From assembly GCA_031256235.1 (NCBI GenBank), contig JAIRQZ010000032.1, forward strand, positions 5,224 to 69,223: 64,000 nt of DNA. Direction: 5' to 3'. This document shows, piece after piece, positions 63,045-64,000 of this stretch (position 1 is its first letter; each line of letters begins with the position of its first letter). The notes under the pieces were generated by a model. It did not search any database, was not told the origin of the DNA, and saw only the letters and a list, made by a program, of their open reading frames with translations. The position numbers were made by a program, and so were the translations under genes. This DNA comes from Christensenellaceae bacterium. GTDB taxonomy: Bacteria > Bacillota > Clostridia > Christensenellales > UBA1242.

Positions 63045-63050
63045 ACGTTA

Positions 63051-63395
63051 ATGGAAAATAAAGAACTCTGGGACACTCTGTCCACCTATATCAGGGATAC
63101 AGAATCACAAAACAAAAAGGCCATGAAAAAATTTGCTGTGATACCCGAATGGGACTGCAAGACTGCGTTTTTGCAAGGCAAAGCCATAACCCTGTACGAA
63201 GTCGGCAACAAAATGTCAAGGCTTAACGGCGACGTTACCAAACTGCGCAAATACATTACACGCGAACAAAGACAAAACGGCAGGGTCTACAGGCGCTATT
63301 CCAAAAAGCATTCTGTGACCGACCCTGTCAAAACTGGACTTATATCAAGTGGTCTCACATTAAAAAACATCCAAGCCATTATCGGCGAAAATTAA
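63051..63395 (+). CDS. hypothetical basic protein (114 aa)
   Basis: MENKELWDTLSTYIRD... ATG 63051 is preferred from the promoter geometry. No motif recognised. Confidence 0.45.
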   Translation: MENKELWDTLSTYIRDTESQNKKAMKKFAVIPEWDCKTAFLQGKAITLYEVGNKMSRLNGDVTKLRKYITREQRQNGRVYRRYSKKHSVTDPVKTGLISSGLTLKNIQAIIGEN

Positions 63396-64000
63396 TTTAC
63401 GATTTTGATGACTGGCTCTTTGCCCGTCGCCTCGTCAGGCCCGAAAACCATGGCCTGGGTTATTCCATATGACGCAGCATATTCAAATGCCTTTGCAAGA
63501 TTCTTGTTGCCAAGATATACCAAAACACGCTTGCCTTGTTTGCGAAGTCCGTCGGCATACTTTTGCGCCGCCGACTCTGTGCCAAGCGGAATTATCATCA
63601 AATCGACAAGGCCTGTCCGCGCGGGCTTATCGCTTCGTTCATTCAAAACGGCCATAATGGGCTCCAGCCCAAATGACATTCCGACCGCGGGATATTCTTT
63701 CCCGTTGTCAATAAAGTTCCCAATGATTTTATCGTACCTACCGCCACCACCAAGTGACGAAGTCATATTTGAATCCTTGGCAAAGACCTCCCAAACCGTG
63801 CCAGTATAAACATTCAAGCCACGCGCAAGGTTTGGTGTAAATTCGCAATACTTGTTTATGCCAAGTTCCGTTAAATATGTCTCTAATTCCACGACTTCGG
63901 GAATCTTGGTCGCGTTTTTTACGTCATTCAAAAGTTTTTCGGCCGCGGGCTTCTCCATATGCTTGCAAAGGTCGGCGACAAGTTCCTCTCTCGACACCTT
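63392..64000 (-). CDS. hisS: histidine--tRNA ligase, partial (C-terminal ~200 aa; 5' end beyond window)
   Basis: Class II motif 3 region GGGGRYDKIIG...AVGMSFG and the anticodon-binding domain (DLMIIPLG...). The reading frame stays open to the window edge. Confidence 0.88.
   Translation of the reverse strand, partial: KVSREELVADLCKHMEKPAAEKLLNDVKNATKIPEVVELETYLTELGINKYCEFTPNLARGLNVYTGTVWEVFAKDSNMTSSLGGGGRYDKIIGNFIDNGKEYPAVGMSFGLEPIMAVLNERSDKPARTGLVDLMIIPLGTESAAQKYADGLRKQGKRVLVYLGNKNLAKAFEYAASYGITQAMVFGPDEATGKEPVIKIVN

Noticed and set aside
61571-63050. Expected tmRNA (ssrA) next to smpB and a T-box upstream of trpS
   Set aside because: The flanks of smpB are fully occupied by coding sequence. 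Only 62 nt separate trpS from the divergent gene, which leaves no room for a ~200-nt T-box or a ~350-nt tmRNA.
1-64000. CRISPR arrays, IS elements, transposases, integrases, prophage modules and rRNA genes
   Set aside because: I saw no short regularly spaced repeats, no DDE, tyrosine- or serine-recombinase-like ORFs and no rRNA-like sequence while reading both strands. The only repeats are the MTase tandem duplication and intragenic protein repeats.

Overview
This 64-kb chromosomal segment reads like a compact genome of an endospore-forming Firmicute, probably Clostridia-like (spoIIE, a cwlD-type amidase, many lipoboxes, roughly mid-40s % GC by eye). I can support about 60 protein genes and 3 tRNAs (Ser-GCT, Arg-ACG, Leu-AAG). 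There is one clear bidirectional intrinsic terminator and a set of near-consensus sigmaA-type promoters. Core genes are folD, tuf, dnaE, typA, pgk, a TIM homologue in the tpiA position, recR, spoIIE, secA, smpB, trpS and a partial hisS. The rest is mostly envelope and accessory content: two ABC systems plus an LtaS-like enzyme and a beta-helix lipoprotein in one long minus-strand string, a GT2 synthase, a 1417-aa surface protein, a Cys/His-rich lipoprotein and a heterodimeric ABC exporter. The strongest candidate for a new system is a ~3.4-kb low-GC island between tRNA-Leu and typA. It encodes two tandem paralogous EcoRI-type N6-adenine methyltransferases translationally coupled to a DUF262(DGQQR)-HNH nuclease, an R-M-like architecture outside the textbook classes. 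Four other observations deserve a second look. First-in-operon genes recurrently have a -10 box placed 5-7 nt from the start codon, which suggests leaderless mRNAs. The tRNA-Leu carries A34. The TIM homologue lacks the catalytic Glu. Both Walker B motifs of the ABC exporter pair have lost their acidic residues. I saw no CRISPR array, transposase, integrase or rRNA. All family assignments come from motif recognition by eye, not database searches.
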